Shown: positions 10,289-21,517, counted from the first letter of the stretch. The stretch: DNA of 64,000 bases from Paenirhodobacter sp. (GCF_047600745.1 NZ_JASGKI010000006.1:496345-560344); one strand, 5' to 3'. Made by a program: numbers and translations. The notes: generated by a model from the letters alone, not told the origin.

Positions 10289-10742
10289 TCAACCGGCGTC
10301 GTTCGGCGGCCAGTTCTGGGTGTCGATCGTGCCGGTCCAGAGCAGGAAATCCGTCAGTTCCCGGATCTCGTCGTCGGTCAGGTGGAACTGCGGCATCTGG
10401 CGGCGCCCCGGGATCCCCGAAGGCTGCGAACTCCATCCAGTTCTTCAGCGTCTCGAAGGCCAGTTCCGGATCCTCTTCCGCGCCCCAGCGTTTCATCACA
10501 TTGCCCAGTTCGGGCGCGAAATAGGCGCCCTCGCCAAGAATGGTGTGGCAGTTGATGCAGCCTTTCTTTTCCCAGATGTGCTTGCCGGCGGCGACGCTGG
10601 CCGTCAGCGTTTCGGCGTTGGTCGAGCGGTTGACGATGTAAAGGTGGCTGTGCGTGAACAGCGCCACGAATATGGCGATGAAGAACAGGGACCCACCGTA
10701 GAAGATGTTTCGGGCCATGCTCTTCGTCAGGACTTCGCGCAT
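10289..10742 (-). CDS. norC: Nitric oxide reductase cytochrome c subunit, +1 frameshift near 10429
   Basis: CINCH heme motif, GEGAYFAPEL. Removing one A at 10429/10430 gives WMESQPSGIPGRRQMPQFHL and a 150-aa protein. Confidence 0.95.
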
Positions 10743-10805
10743 GGCGAGATTCTCCCGGAGCGGTTTCGATCTCCTCCGGCATGCGCCAATCCGCGCGCCC
10801 GGGTC

Positions 10806-10819
10806 TTAACGAAAGTCAA
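10806..10819. promoter_or_regulatory. NnrR/FNR-type site upstream of norC
   Basis: TTAAC-GAAA-GTCAA, an FNR-like half-site pair 64 bp from the norC ATG, between divergent genes. Confidence 0.7.
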
Positions 10820-10871
10820 GGCGGCGCGGGAAAGCCCGGTTCATGGTGGCACGCAACGAAAGGAGGCCGCC

Positions 10872-11096
10872 ATGGACGCGCGTTGGCCGGTCTGGAAACT
10901 CGCCGTTCTGCTCTATGTCTTCGCGGCGGGGGCGGTGGCCATCAATCTGTTCATGCTCGGGCTGCTGTCGCAGGCGGTGGGGTTCACGGCCCTTTCGCCG
11001 CAGGCGGCGGTGGCCGCCTCCGTCCCGCTCGGCCTTCCCGCCGCATGGGCCGCGGGCCTGTGGGTCCGGCACCTGCTGGACGAGGGACAGGATTGA
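10872..11096 (+). CDS. Small membrane protein, NnrT-like
   Basis: MDARWPVWKLAVLLYVFAAGAVAINLFMLG..., good RBS (AGGAGG), divergent from norC. Confidence 0.65.
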   Translation: MDARWPVWKLAVLLYVFAAGAVAINLFMLGLLSQAVGFTALSPQAAVAASVPLGLPAAWAAGLWVRHLLDEGQD

Positions 11097-11297
11097 CCCC
11101 GCCCGACGCGCTTTTCCGGGGTCACGCAGCGCAGGAACGATTCCGCCCGGGAACCCCTTCGGCGAGGATCCACAACCCCCTGCGCGGGAGCACGACCGGG
11201 CAAACCTGCACAGGCAGGCGCCGAAACGTTTGAACATATCGGCGGCGGCGGTGCATAAGCGCGGGCCGGGCGCCGGATCGAAGAGGCACTGAACACC

Positions 11298-11888
11298 ATG
11301 CGCATTCGCATCACAACCGGATCCATCGGGCTGATCGCCGCCGCGGCCATCGCGGCGGCGGCGGGGTGGTTCCTGACCGGTCAGCCGCAGCCGGTGACGA
11401 ACGGCTATGCCGCCACCATCGGCAAGGGCGGCTACAGGCTTACCACCACCGCAGGGGCACCCTTCACGGCGGCGACACTGCGCGGGGCGCCCTCGGTCGT
11501 GTTCTTCGGCTATACCTATTGCCCCGATGTCTGCCCGACCACGCTTGGCGACATCACGCAATGGCAAGAGGCGCTCGGCCCGCGCGCGGGCGATCTGGGG
11601 ATCTATTTCATCACCGTCGATCCGGAGCGCGACACCCTCGACATGCTGGCCGATTACCTGTCCTGGTCCGAGGGCATCACCGGCGTGGCGGGGGACCGCG
11701 CCGAGACGGACAAGGCGATGGAGTCCTTTGCGATCTATGCCCGCCGTATCGGCGACGGGCCGGATTACACGGTGGATCACACCGCCTATGTCATGCTGTT
11801 CGACCGCAGCGGCGATTTCGTCGGAACGATCGGCTATCAGGAGCCGGAGGAGCAGGCGTTGCCAAAGCTCATCCGGCTGCTGGACTGA
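11298..11888 (+). CDS. SCO1/SenC copper chaperone
   Basis: FFGYTYCPDVCPTTL (CxxxC), FITVDPERD, YTVDHTA. Confidence 0.93.
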   Translation: MRIRITTGSIGLIAAAAIAAAAGWFLTGQPQPVTNGYAATIGKGGYRLTTTAGAPFTAATLRGAPSVVFFGYTYCPDVCPTTLGDITQWQEALGPRAGDLGIYFITVDPERDTLDMLADYLSWSEGITGVAGDRAETDKAMESFAIYARRIGDGPDYTVDHTAYVMLFDRSGDFVGTIGYQEPEEQALPKLIRLLD

Positions 11889-11932
11889 TCCCCGGCGGGG
11901 ATCGAACGGCGGCGGGCGGGGGGCCCGCCCGC
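11887..11932. terminator. Two GC hairpins between convergent sco and pseudoazurin genes
   Basis: GATCCCC-GGC-GGGGATC (11887-11903) and GCGGGCGGG-GGG-CCCGCCCGC (11912-11932). No U-tract. Confidence 0.45.
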
Positions 11933-11948
11933 ATCGGAACCGCGCGGC

Positions 11949-12389
11949 TCACTTGACCTGTTCGAAATCCGTGTTCATCCGCCCCTGCGCCTTCTTCGGC
12001 AGCTTCACCGCCTTGGCGGCCTCAAGGTTCGCCGGCGCATCGCCGACCTGTATCAGCCCGACCATCCCCATCGAGAAATGCGGCGAGCATTTGATGCCGT
12101 AAACGCCGGGCTCCGTCACCGTCAGGTCGTAGGGCTTGTTGATCTCGCCCTTGAAGGGCGCCACCCCTTCGGGCAGCATCTTGTCGATCGACTGCACGTC
12201 ATGGCTTTTGTCCGTCGGCACGAAGTGGATCACGTCGCCCGGTTCCGCGCGCACGAAGGACGGCTCGAACACCATCGTCCCGGCGGCGCCCTTGTTGAGC
12301 ATCTTCACCTCATGTTCCGCCGCGAAAGCGGTTGCCGCGAGTCCGATATTCAGGGCCATGGCCGCCAGCAGGCCGTTTCCAAATTGCAT
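11949..12389 (-). CDS. paz: Pseudoazurin
   Basis: Signal peptide, then [19 protein letters not shown] and [12 protein letters not shown] type-1 Cu ligands. Confidence 0.93.
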   Translation of the reverse strand: MQFGNGLLAAMALNIGLAATAFAAEHEVKMLNKGAAGTMVFEPSFVRAEPGDVIHFVPTDKSHDVQSIDKMLPEGVAPFKGEINKPYDLTVTEPGVYGIKCSPHFSMGMVGLIQVGDAPANLEAAKAVKLPKKAQGRMNTDFEQVK

Positions 12390-12446
12390 CTTCGATCTCC
12401 GAGATTCCATACCGCCGCAGCGTAGCAAAGGCGGTGAAGCGGAACT

Positions 12447-12460
12447 TTGCGCCACGACAA
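12447..12460. promoter_or_regulatory. NnrR/FNR-type site upstream of pseudoazurin
   Basis: TTGCG-CCAC-GACAA (TTG-N8-CAA), 58 bp from the ATG. Confidence 0.65.
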
Positions 12461-12472
12461 ACAGCGGCGAGA

Positions 12473-13165
12473 TCAGATCTCGGGATCGGCCAGACGCGCC
12501 AGCGCCGCGCGATCGACAACCGTCAGCCGTTGCCGCCCGCCCGCGACCCAGCCCCGCCCCTCCCAGGCCGACAGGATGCGCGAGGCGGTGTGCAGGGTGG
12601 TGCCCGAAAGCTGCGCGACATCCTGTCGGCTGATCGGAAAGTCGAGCCGGATGCCCTCCGCCTCGACCCGCCCCGCCCTGTCGGCAAGGCGCAGGACGGT
12701 ATGGGCGATGCGGCGCTCGACCTCTTCGGTGGACAGCTCGCGCAGGCGGGTATGGGCCTCGTCGAGCCGCTTGCCCAGCGTGCGCAGCGCGCTTGCCGCC
12801 ACCGGCGGGCTGGCCTCGACCACCGCCGGCCAGTCCTCCATCGGCCAGCCGGTCACCGTACTGTCGACCACCGCCCGCGCCGTGCCCGGATAGTCGGGCC
12901 GGTTCAGCGCGCGGGCAAAGCCGAACAGATCGCCCGGATGCACGATCCGCACCATCACCTGCTGCCCGTCCGGCGTGACCTGCGACACCTTCAGCCGCCC
13001 GCGCAGCAGCAGGTAGAACCGTTCGGCGGGCGCGCCCTGATCGAACACGGTCTCGCCGCGCGCCACATCGCGCAGCGTCGCGTTCAGCAAGACGCGCGCC
13101 ATGCCTTCGCCGTCGAGGCCGCGAAACAGCGGCAGGTTGCTCAGCAGGCTCCGGTCGATGGACAA
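12473..13165 (-). CDS. nnrR: NnrR-type Crp/Fnr regulator (start approximate, TTG)
   Basis: [71 protein letters not shown]. Confidence 0.88.
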   Translation of the reverse strand: MSIDRSLLSNLPLFRGLDGEGMARVLLNATLRDVARGETVFDQGAPAERFYLLLRGRLKVSQVTPDGQQVMVRIVHPGDLFGFARALNRPDYPGTARAVVDSTVTGWPMEDWPAVVEASPPVAASALRTLGKRLDEAHTRLRELSTEEVERRIAHTVLRLADRAGRVEAEGIRLDFPISRQDVAQLSGTTLHTASRILSAWEGRGWVAGGRQRLTVVDRAALARLADPEI

Positions 13166-13629
13166 GGGGCAAGGTTCCAGATCAGCGTTTCCCCCACTAA
13201 ACGCAGCCGGTGCCGGGCAACGTTGCTCCAGCGCAACGTTGCCCCCCGTTTGGCCGGGCACCGATCCGGGCGTGCATCCCACGTTGTCATCCCGGGGCGC
13301 GATGCCTGCGGTCTGGTCACATCTGCCGACGGTCAGAACCCCGCGGTCGGGTCGCGCCGCGGCACATAGAATAGCGGCCGTCTCCTTACCCCGGACGATG
13401 AGGCGGACATGGAACAGCGGCCTGCCTCGCTGTCGAAACCCGGGACCGGAATATTCGACCAGAACCTCGTGTTCGCGGGCATAAGCGCGATGTCGCCGCA
13501 CAAGCGCCCTCAACGGTGTCTTGAGCATGGCAGCCTACGGACGATCGCGACGATGTTAAGCTAACTATAACGCCCCATGTTGCGACACGCATCGAAACAT
13601 TCGGTTGCAAGCATTGATAGGACCGTCGG

Positions 13630-14670
13630 CATGCAAACCGAAACTCCTGCCGAAGTTTTGATTTCAACCCGCCCGAGCGTATCCCTCAAACGCTGGCGAT
13701 GCTTTGCCGTCCTCGACGCTCAAATCGACACCTCCGCTGTCAATCTCGCGATGCGCCCGATCGGCGCGAACCTCAATGTTGGGATCGGCGTGCTGCAATG
13801 GATCGTGGGCAGCTATAACCTTGTCCATGCGGTCCTGTTGCTTACGGGTGGCCTGCTTGCCGATCTCTCCGGCCGACGACGCATCTTCCCGGTCGCGTCG
13901 TTGTTATATGCGGTAGACCGATCGCTTCCGTGCTGATTATCAGAAGAGCCCTCGCGGGACTCGGCGCAACTGCACTCGGTGGCCTTACCTTTTCCGCCAT
14001 CCGATCCCGCGATGCGCCGGCGCTTGCGGTGTGGCCTTCCTCATTGCCGTTTTGATGCTTGTCTTGTTTATTCGTGTGGAAGCAAGCAAAGGAACAGACG
14101 CATTGGTGCCACTCAACATATCTCGATCTCGTATATTCTGCGGAACGGCAACATCTATAGCAGGCATGACTTTCGGCATGTGTGGTGTGCTTTTCCTGTT
14201 TCCGCTGTCGTGGCTGAGCGCAAGCCGGTTCAGTGCCTTGGGCGCTAACACTGCCCTGATACCGATGGCGTTGGTGTTCGTCACCATTTACCCGTTTCCA
14301 GCGCGTTGACCGGTCGATATGGTGCACACGTCATGGCCACCAGGAGTTTCGCCATCATTGGCGCCGGGCTTATATTGATCGGCGTCGGTTCAGATCACGC
14401 CAAGATTATCGCTTCCAAAATCAGATTGATTTTGACCGGTTTTGGAGTGGGCTTTACAATCGGACCGCTGATGAGCGCCGCCACCGCAACACGATCGGGA
14501 ACAGCCATGCCCTAACCAACGTCGCGCGCATATTGGGAGCAATGGTTGGGGTCGCCGTCCCCGGCACCGTTTTTGCAATAACCCATGGCATCGTTACCGG
14601 CTTGCAGGTAGCGATGTTCTTGGGCAAGCTGATCCAGATCGCGTGCGCAGTTATCGCATAGCGCTCAATT
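13630..14670 (+). pseudogene. Heavily decayed DHA2-type MFS transporter
   Basis: Fragments across several frames: DTSAVNLAM...LQWIVGSYNL...LLLTGGLLADLSGRRRIF; LVPLNISRSRIF; LILTGFGVGFTIGPL. Many stops and frameshifts. Confidence 0.8.
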
Positions 14671-17174
14671 CAACCAACATGCGCAATGTAGGACCGATCC
14701 TGTTGCGAAAATCCCGAAACATGCGACAATCTATTGTAACGACGATTTCACGATGACCGCGCATCTCTGATCCTTCCCAGATTTCTGCATATCGGTGACA
14801 TATTTTTCCAGTGCCTCGCTGTTATGCACGAAGACTCATTCGGCTTATACCATGCGCTGATATCGTCCCGGATCATCCCCATGGATCATGGCGCGGCCGG
14901 CGTTGACGCGATTGCGTGCCACAACCAGGCCGATAACATGGCTACCGATCGCGCAAGACAGGACGCGCGGAAAGAGCATCATCTAGGATATGCCAACGAA
15001 TACATCGGCAAGGCCGACCATCCACATGCGGAAATACTATTCATTCCAACTATGGGCGCTGTTTCTATGCGCAGAAAGTTGATTAGAAAGATTTCGAATG
15101 ACGCGCTCAAGGACGTTCTCATAATACTGCGAAATACGTCCGCGAACGCATCAGGGGCAGAAGAACAACAAATCAGAGGCACTCCTTCGGCAACAGAATT
15201 TATCCGCTACCAGGAATACCACCACACCGCATCCACAGAGCGCAAATCCCAGCGACCAAGATGGTGATAGGCTTTCGGTGCCGGTAGAGGCCCCATCCAG
15301 AGAATGCATCTCCGTATGAATTCCATGGCGCGTTTATCGAGGTTGGAGAGATATTCCTTATGCTGGAAGGCATCCAGATCCTGTCCGATGGACTGCTAGT
15401 TTTGTCTCCATCAATTCCGTCGAAGGGACGATTTCAAGATCTTCCTTATCAGGATGCAGCAGGTCTGATGGAACCAATCCTCCGGTCTTTTTTGCCAAAA
15501 AATCTTCTACGGAGAAGGCCTATTCTTCCCGCGATCTGGCCGACGAAATGGCCTCTTCAATGTGCAAAGAAGACAGAGGAAATCGTCGTCGTGTGTTCTC
15601 TACGGAGCGGATTTGCGCCCGGAAACGGATTCTCCCACCGCGTTCCGATGCCCCGTTGCAGGGTGTGTTTTCGGCATCGAAACTGGGCAAACGCCTCGCT
15701 TCCACCGCCCGGAAAGCGCGCAAAAATGCCCTTCATCATGCCTCGTCGCTCTCGGCCAGCCGTGCCTTTGACCGCTTGATCGTACCGCGCCAGAAGACCG
15801 TTTTCAGACGAATATCCACGGCCCTTTCCTCGATCCCGATCAGATCCTTTTCCCGGATCAGCCGATGGCATTCCGAACAGAGATCCTTCGCCTCTCGCAG
15901 AAGCTCTGCCAGTATGTTTTCTTCTGTGTTTACAATTTGATGTGCGATCTCCACCTGGTTCTCGCGTTGCGGTGTAGAACGTCCTGTCAGATCCATGCTT
16001 CCCCCGGATTCCGCCTCATGGCGCGTGAGCGCCAGCGACCATTTTTGCGACCATTTTTTGACGCTCGCCGCACAACGCGAACGGACCTTCCAGGTGGGTT
16101 ATTCAAGCGAAAAAGCCGTGGAAAGCTACGTCTTTCAATGTAGAGAACATATGGTGAAAATCGAGGGGGCCAAACCCTGTCCTCTGGTTAGTGCTTGAAC
16201 CCCCGAAAAAACGCTTAAGTTGGACCCCCCCTGGCAAACCCAACATGTAGAGGCGTTTGACCCCCCCTGTTTTGACACAAAGGCGTTTGACACCCCCCGG
16301 ATTTCGCTTTGCTTTTCGCCGATTTTCGGTAGGGTCAGACCCGGCACGATCAACGGCCCGAAAACGCCACCTCCAAACCCGGCCAGGACGGCGAGCTGTC
16401 AGCCGGAAGGCGCCTCCGCCGGGCACCCCCCACGGCCGCATGAGCTGCGGAGAACGCCGCTCATGCGCCACCTTTGTTGCGCGCCACCCCTCCCTAAAAC
16501 CGAAGTGGGTACTCTGCGGCCCGCTCCGTGGCTCCGGCGACATGTTTCAGGTGGGACCGAGCCGTTACTCCGCCGTCCGAGGGTGAATGTAGGTCTTCCA
16601 CATCGATGTGGGTGACGACGCAGAGGGCGACTAGGGCGAGGTCGCGAACCCTCTAGGCCATCGCTCGCGGCTGGCGCCAGCATCGGAGCACACGGCATCC
16701 GATCACCTACCCCCGGAAGCGCCCCGCCTCTCGGCGCAAGCTCACCACCCAGGATCAAGTGGCAAAGTGTGGCACTTTGCCATACTTTACGGAAAAGCCT
16801 GACGACAATCCAGATTTATCCAAAAAGTTTATTCCAGATAGCACCGGTCAATGACGACGTTCTGAAAAGCTTCACGAGAAATCAAACGCCTGGTAATTAC
16901 GTGAAAATATATCTCCTATGGATCTGATACACAACAGGCGACAATTCACAAATGAAAAACACCGAGGAACCAATGATCGCTCCCTTCTATTCTCCGAAAG
17001 GCGGCGCCGGGAAAACCAGTGGTGTCCTGACGTTCTCGATATCCGTCGCAGCTCATAATGTAGACGCAGAAAAATAACCACGATGATCGAACATTTATTT
17101 TATGTACAAAACCCATTACAACGGCCACGTCTGTGTGTTGATTTACTTAAAGAAGATCAGAATCGGAGGAAGCG

Positions 17175-18263
17175 ATGAGAGACGTGATCACTACTTTTTT
17201 GCTCTCCGTCATAGCTATTCTGATCGTGTATGGATCTTTCGCTGCGAATATAGATGTCATCGACGGATTTGCCCCCGGACAGACGTTGGTCATGATTTTG
17301 GGGTCAATCAAACCCGGAGACGACGATCGTTTCACCGGATGACCGAGAGTGCGGAGCGGGTATCCCCCGGAGGTGACGTGGACGCCGGAATTTCTATCGG
17401 TGCGCAGATCGCGATCAGGGGATTCACGAATCTGGTTCTGGATGGAGAGGGTTGTCATTCTATCTGTGCGGTTATCTGGGTTTCGGGCGTGCGCCGTTAC
17501 ATGTCCCCGGATGCGGATATTAGAGTTCACGCCGCTTATTGGGTTGAGGATTCAAAAGAATCAGGTGTCGCAAATGCTAGAATCGGCGCGTATCTTAATG
17601 AGCTTGGTCTGAGCAGGGTCGCTATCGAGTATTTCACGACAGCAAGACCAGGGGAGGAACTCCTTCCGGTCACACCGGAGATCGCTCAGGCGTGGACATT
17701 GACGTTTGCATTCAGGACGGTGAGCGGGTTATCACGCCCCGCAGACAGGCCGACCCCAAGGCGCATCGCCAGACAGGTGACTGATCTTGCCGTTCTTGCA
17801 AACAATTGCGTTGAGCTTCTGAGGGGAACCAAGGGGGAATGGCACGAGCAAGCAGAAAAGACCTTCCGAGAAGGCCATGATTTCTTCGGTGGTGAGACAT
17901 TCATTCCATTTCTTCCGGAGTTTCTCGAAATCAGCAAGGCCGGAATGCAGCGTGACGGGACTGTCCGTTGGTGCCTTTCGGCAGAGGCTGCGTCAAGAAA
18001 GGACGGCATTGAGACCGGAGTCACTGGCCCCGGCTTTGACTGCGGCACGGCAGGAACCCCGACTGAGGTTGCGATTTGTGGTTCTCAAGACTTGTAGGCG
18101 ATGGGACGAGTGGTTGCGAACCTCTTTTATTTTCCGACGCACGGCTGACAGCGCCAAGAAAACCGCCTTTCTGGACAATCAGCGGACCCGTAACGCCTGT
18201 AGCGGCGACCAGACTTGCCTCGTGGAGCGATATACGCCGCGACTTTTCGATTTGGGTTTTTAA
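17175..18263 (+). pseudogene. Decayed periplasmic protein (COG3904/ClpP-crotonase-like domain plus LprI-like cysteine domain)
   Basis: RBS plus signal peptide at 17175; SPGGDV..G, CHSICAVIWVSG..R, VHAAY; C-terminal FDCGTAGTPTEVAICG*...RNACSGDQTCL. Frameshifts and stops present. Confidence 0.6.
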
Positions 18264-18289
18264 TCATCCGGGAAAGGCGGGCACATGCT

Positions 18290-18484
18290 TCCACATCAAA
18301 AGAGGATTAGGCCGCGCAGCACGCAACGGCCGTCAACGCGTGGCCTGCCTCATGACTTTGGAAGGAACGGTCGCAGCCGTTCCATCTGTTCATCGGTCAG
18401 CCAGAAAACCTCGCCCATGATCCCTTTCCAGATCGGGAGGGTGAATCAGGGAAACCGCCTGCGTTTGAGTGGATTTACAGGCTG
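18290..18484 (-). pseudogene. IS5-family (IS427-like) transposase N-terminal relic
   Basis: From ATG 18418: MGEVFWLTDEQMERLRPFLPKS*GRPRVDGRCVLRGLILF*. Confidence 0.75.
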
Positions 18485-18780
18485 TTCGCCCTGGGCGGTC
18501 TCTGGTCAGTCACCGCCCCCTACTCGCGCACCGGCCTGCCGATCAATTCCGAGCGCGGCATGACGCTGCGCCAAAAGGCCGTCACCAGAGATGCGACCGA
18601 TCCGCTAGTTCAAGGTCGCCGCCGTCGCGCCGGAAGCGCCCCCCTCAGAAACGGCCCCTGCCATGCCTCAGCCCGTCGACACATTTGCCCGGCTTCCTGG
18701 CCTGCCGATGCAGGCGCCGCCCGCCTTCAGCCCGGCGCAGACGGCTTATCTGGCGGGCTGCGCCACCGCCCTGCGCGACG

Positions 18781-19968
18781 TCAGCATCTGTCCGGCCCGG
18801 CTGCGGGCCGGAGGCGGCGCAGCTCCGGCCAGTAATCCGCGAGCCACAGCACGAAGCCCAGGGCCCAGAGCGCCGCGGCAAGGAGATATGGCGGGCCGGG
18901 TGGCCAGGGCGTCCACCCCATTTCCGGCAGAGCGCGCAGCAGCACACCCGCGCCCACACAGGCGAAGGCCGCCTTCGTCGCCACATGCAGCCCCAGATCC
19001 TGCCCGGTATGGAACCGCCCGGCGATGGCAAAGACGGCGAGGATCCCGAGGCCAAGCCCTCCCATCAGCGCGATATGCAGCGCCGGGGTCTCGGCCCAGG
19101 GGGCGCCGAGCCGCGATGCCCCGAACGCAAGCAGCCCCACCCCCGCGAAGCCCGCCGAGGCCATCAGCACGACGATCTCCGCCCGCAGCGCCGCCCGCCC
19201 GATGAACCCTTCGGCGATCCGGTCCATGAAGGCCGCGCCCGCCGCGATCCACAGAAACCCGCTCACCGCAGGCGACAGCCCCGCGATTTCGCCCGCCAGC
19301 GCCACGGCGACAAGGCCCGCGGCCAGGTTCACCCGGCCCGGATGCGGACGGAAGGGCGTGCTTTCGCCGGTCGGATCGAGGATCACATTCGTCACCTGCA
19401 CCGTCACCCGCGCCAGCACCAGCCCGAGCAGGCCGAGATACACCAGCCCCGCCACCCGCAGCCAGAAGGCCGCCGCCTCCGCCGCGCCAAGGGCCATCGC
19501 CCATCGCGCCGCCGCGCAGGCCAGCGTCAGCCCCCCGACCCAGACCGCAAAGGTGAGGATGCGGGTCGTGCGCCGCTGCCACGACACCCGCAGCAGATAG
19601 ACAAGCAGCCCCGCAAGCCACGCCAGATCGCACAGCCCCGCCGGGGCCGCGAGCGCATCCGCCCCAAGCAGCCCCGCCACCCGCGCCGCGCCCCACAGCG
19701 CCACAAGCCCCCACAACGCCCGCCCCCGCAGCCGGGGCGTATCGGTCCATTCCGGCACGGCGGTCGTCAGGAAGCCGATCAGCGCCGCCCCCCAGGCGCC
19801 GAAAATCATCTCATTCGCATGCCAGACACCGGGCGGCAGATCGCGCGCGAAGGGCAGATCGAGGCCCCACACCCCGGCCCAGAGCAGCGGCCAGAGCGCC
19901 GCGTACAGCGCCGCCAGCGGGAAGAACAGCCGGAACCCCTCGTCCGACAGGGTGCGGTGCAGGGTCAT
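18781..19968 (-). CDS. nnrS: NnrS family membrane protein
   Basis: FRLFFPLAA, WHANEMIFG, GFLTTAVPEWT, LHIALMGG...GRFHTG. Confidence 0.92.
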   Translation of the reverse strand: MTLHRTLSDEGFRLFFPLAALYAALWPLLWAGVWGLDLPFARDLPPGVWHANEMIFGAWGAALIGFLTTAVPEWTDTPRLRGRALWGLVALWGAARVAGLLGADALAAPAGLCDLAWLAGLLVYLLRVSWQRRTTRILTFAVWVGGLTLACAAARWAMALGAAEAAAFWLRVAGLVYLGLLGLVLARVTVQVTNVILDPTGESTPFRPHPGRVNLAAGLVAVALAGEIAGLSPAVSGFLWIAAGAAFMDRIAEGFIGRAALRAEIVVLMASAGFAGVGLLAFGASRLGAPWAETPALHIALMGGLGLGILAVFAIAGRFHTGQDLGLHVATKAAFACVGAGVLLRALPEMGWTPWPPGPPYLLAAALWALGFVLWLADYWPELRRLRPAAGPDRC

Positions 19969-20696
19969 GGCCGGGCGCGCTCGTCTATGTCATGGATATG
20001 GGCGAAAAGGGGGTCGGTGCGCAGCAGATCCTGCCGCAGGGCGAAGACCTCGGCATCGTCGCGCCCGCCCGGCACGCCGGGCAGCACGCGGGTGCCCGCG
20101 ATCCCCCGGCCCTGCGCATCGAGGACGAGGATGCGGTGGCTGATCCGGATCGCCTCCATCAGGTCATGCGTGATGAACAGCGCGGCAAAGCGCGCCGCCC
20201 CCGCCGCCGCGATCACCAGATCCTGCATCCGCCGCTTGAGCGCGACATCGAGCGCGGTGAAAGGCTCGTCGAAATAGAGGAAATCCGGCTCGGCGATCAG
20301 CGCCCGGGCAATCGCGGCGCGCTGGCGCATGCCGCCCGAAAGCTCGACCGGATAGCGGTCCAGATCCTCGGGCATCAGCCCGGCACGCTGCGCCGCCGCC
20401 TCGATCCGGGCGCGGGGCGCACGGCGGAGCGGAAAGCCGATGTTGCGCGCAACCGTCGCCCAGGGCATCAGGCGCGGCTCCTGAAACACCATCGCGTGGC
20501 GGCGGTAGCGGCGCAGGACGCGGCCCTCGGATGGTTCGATCAAACCGGCGGCGATATGGGCGATGGTCGATTTCCCCGACCCGGACGGGCCGACCAGCGC
20601 CACCACCTCGCCCGCGCCGATGGTCAGCCCGATCCCCGAAAGCACGGAGCGCCCGAAATAGCTGTGCCCGATGCGGTGCAGCTCCAGCAGCGTCAT
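19965..20696 (-). CDS. NitT/TauT-type ABC ATP-binding protein
   Basis: GPSGSGKS, LSGGMRQR, FDEPFTALD. Confidence 0.92.
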   Translation of the reverse strand: MTLLELHRIGHSYFGRSVLSGIGLTIGAGEVVALVGPSGSGKSTIAHIAAGLIEPSEGRVLRRYRRHAMVFQEPRLMPWATVARNIGFPLRRAPRARIEAAAQRAGLMPEDLDRYPVELSGGMRQRAAIARALIAEPDFLYFDEPFTALDVALKRRMQDLVIAAAGAARFAALFITHDLMEAIRISHRILVLDAQGRGIAGTRVLPGVPGGRDDAEVFALRQDLLRTDPLFAHIHDIDERARP

Positions 20697-21517
20697 CGTT
20701 TCACACCCCAGGGCGCGGCGGCGACACGCCAGCGTTCGAGTTCCGCCTGCACCGGGCGGATCAGCAGATATTCCACCACGATCAGCGCCGCCACCGCGAG
20801 GCAGACCCAGGCGAGCGCGCCCGCCACATCGAGCATCGCGCGCGAACGCGCAAGCGCCCCGCCGACGCCGCCCGCATTGGCCAGCAACTCCGCCATCACC
20901 GCGACCTTGAACGACGACCCGAGCGCGAGCACCAGCGCAGGCAGCAGATGCGCCGCGATCTGCCGCCCGGCAAGAAACGCCCGCCGCACAGGCCCCGCGC
21001 CGAAGACCTCGGCCATCTGGTCGAGCCCGCGGTCGCGCGTCACCACGCCCTCGACCGCGCCCGAGAACACCACCGGCAGGGTGGAAACGACGATCGTCGC
21101 CGCGACCGTGGCGGCGGAGGAGCCGAACCACAGCATCGCCAGCACGATCCAGGCGATCGGCGGCACGCCGAGCAGCACCGTCAGCACCGGCCGCGCAAGG
21201 CGCAGCGTCGCGGGCGAATAGCCCGCCGCCACCCCCGCCGCCGTGCCGATCACCGCGCAGGCCGCAAAGCCCGCCAGCGCGCGCAGCACGGTGAGCCACA
21301 GCACCGCCCGCGCCGCCCCGTCCGCCAGCAGGCCCCGCGCCGCATCGAGCGTGGCGAGCGGCGCGGGCAGGATGAATTCGCCGTAAGCCTCGAACCCCGC
21401 CTGCCACAGCGCCCCGAAAAGCGCGAGCCCCGCAAGCCCCGCCCAGCCGGACCAGAGAAACCGCCCGATCCGCCCGGCCCGGTCCTGCACCGCGCGCCAA
21501 AGCCGGTCAGAGGACAT
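20693..21517 (-). CDS. NitT/TauT-type ABC permease
   Basis: Hydrophobic; PPIAWIVLAMLWFG, FKVAVMAELL. Confidence 0.9.
   Translation of the reverse strand: MSSDRLWRAVQDRAGRIGRFLWSGWAGLAGLALFGALWQAGFEAYGEFILPAPLATLDAARGLLADGAARAVLWLTVLRALAGFAACAVIGTAAGVAAGYSPATLRLARPVLTVLLGVPPIAWIVLAMLWFGSSAATVAATIVVSTLPVVFSGAVEGVVTRDRGLDQMAEVFGAGPVRRAFLAGRQIAAHLLPALVLALGSSFKVAVMAELLANAGGVGGALARSRAMLDVAGALAWVCLAVAALIVVEYLLIRPVQAELERWRVAAAPWGVKR

Noticed and set aside
13166-13528. 120-aa N-terminal extension of NnrR in the ORF track
   Set aside because: Similarity to Crp/Fnr proteins starts at about 13165. The extension has no recognisable domain and is probably open by chance or a relic.
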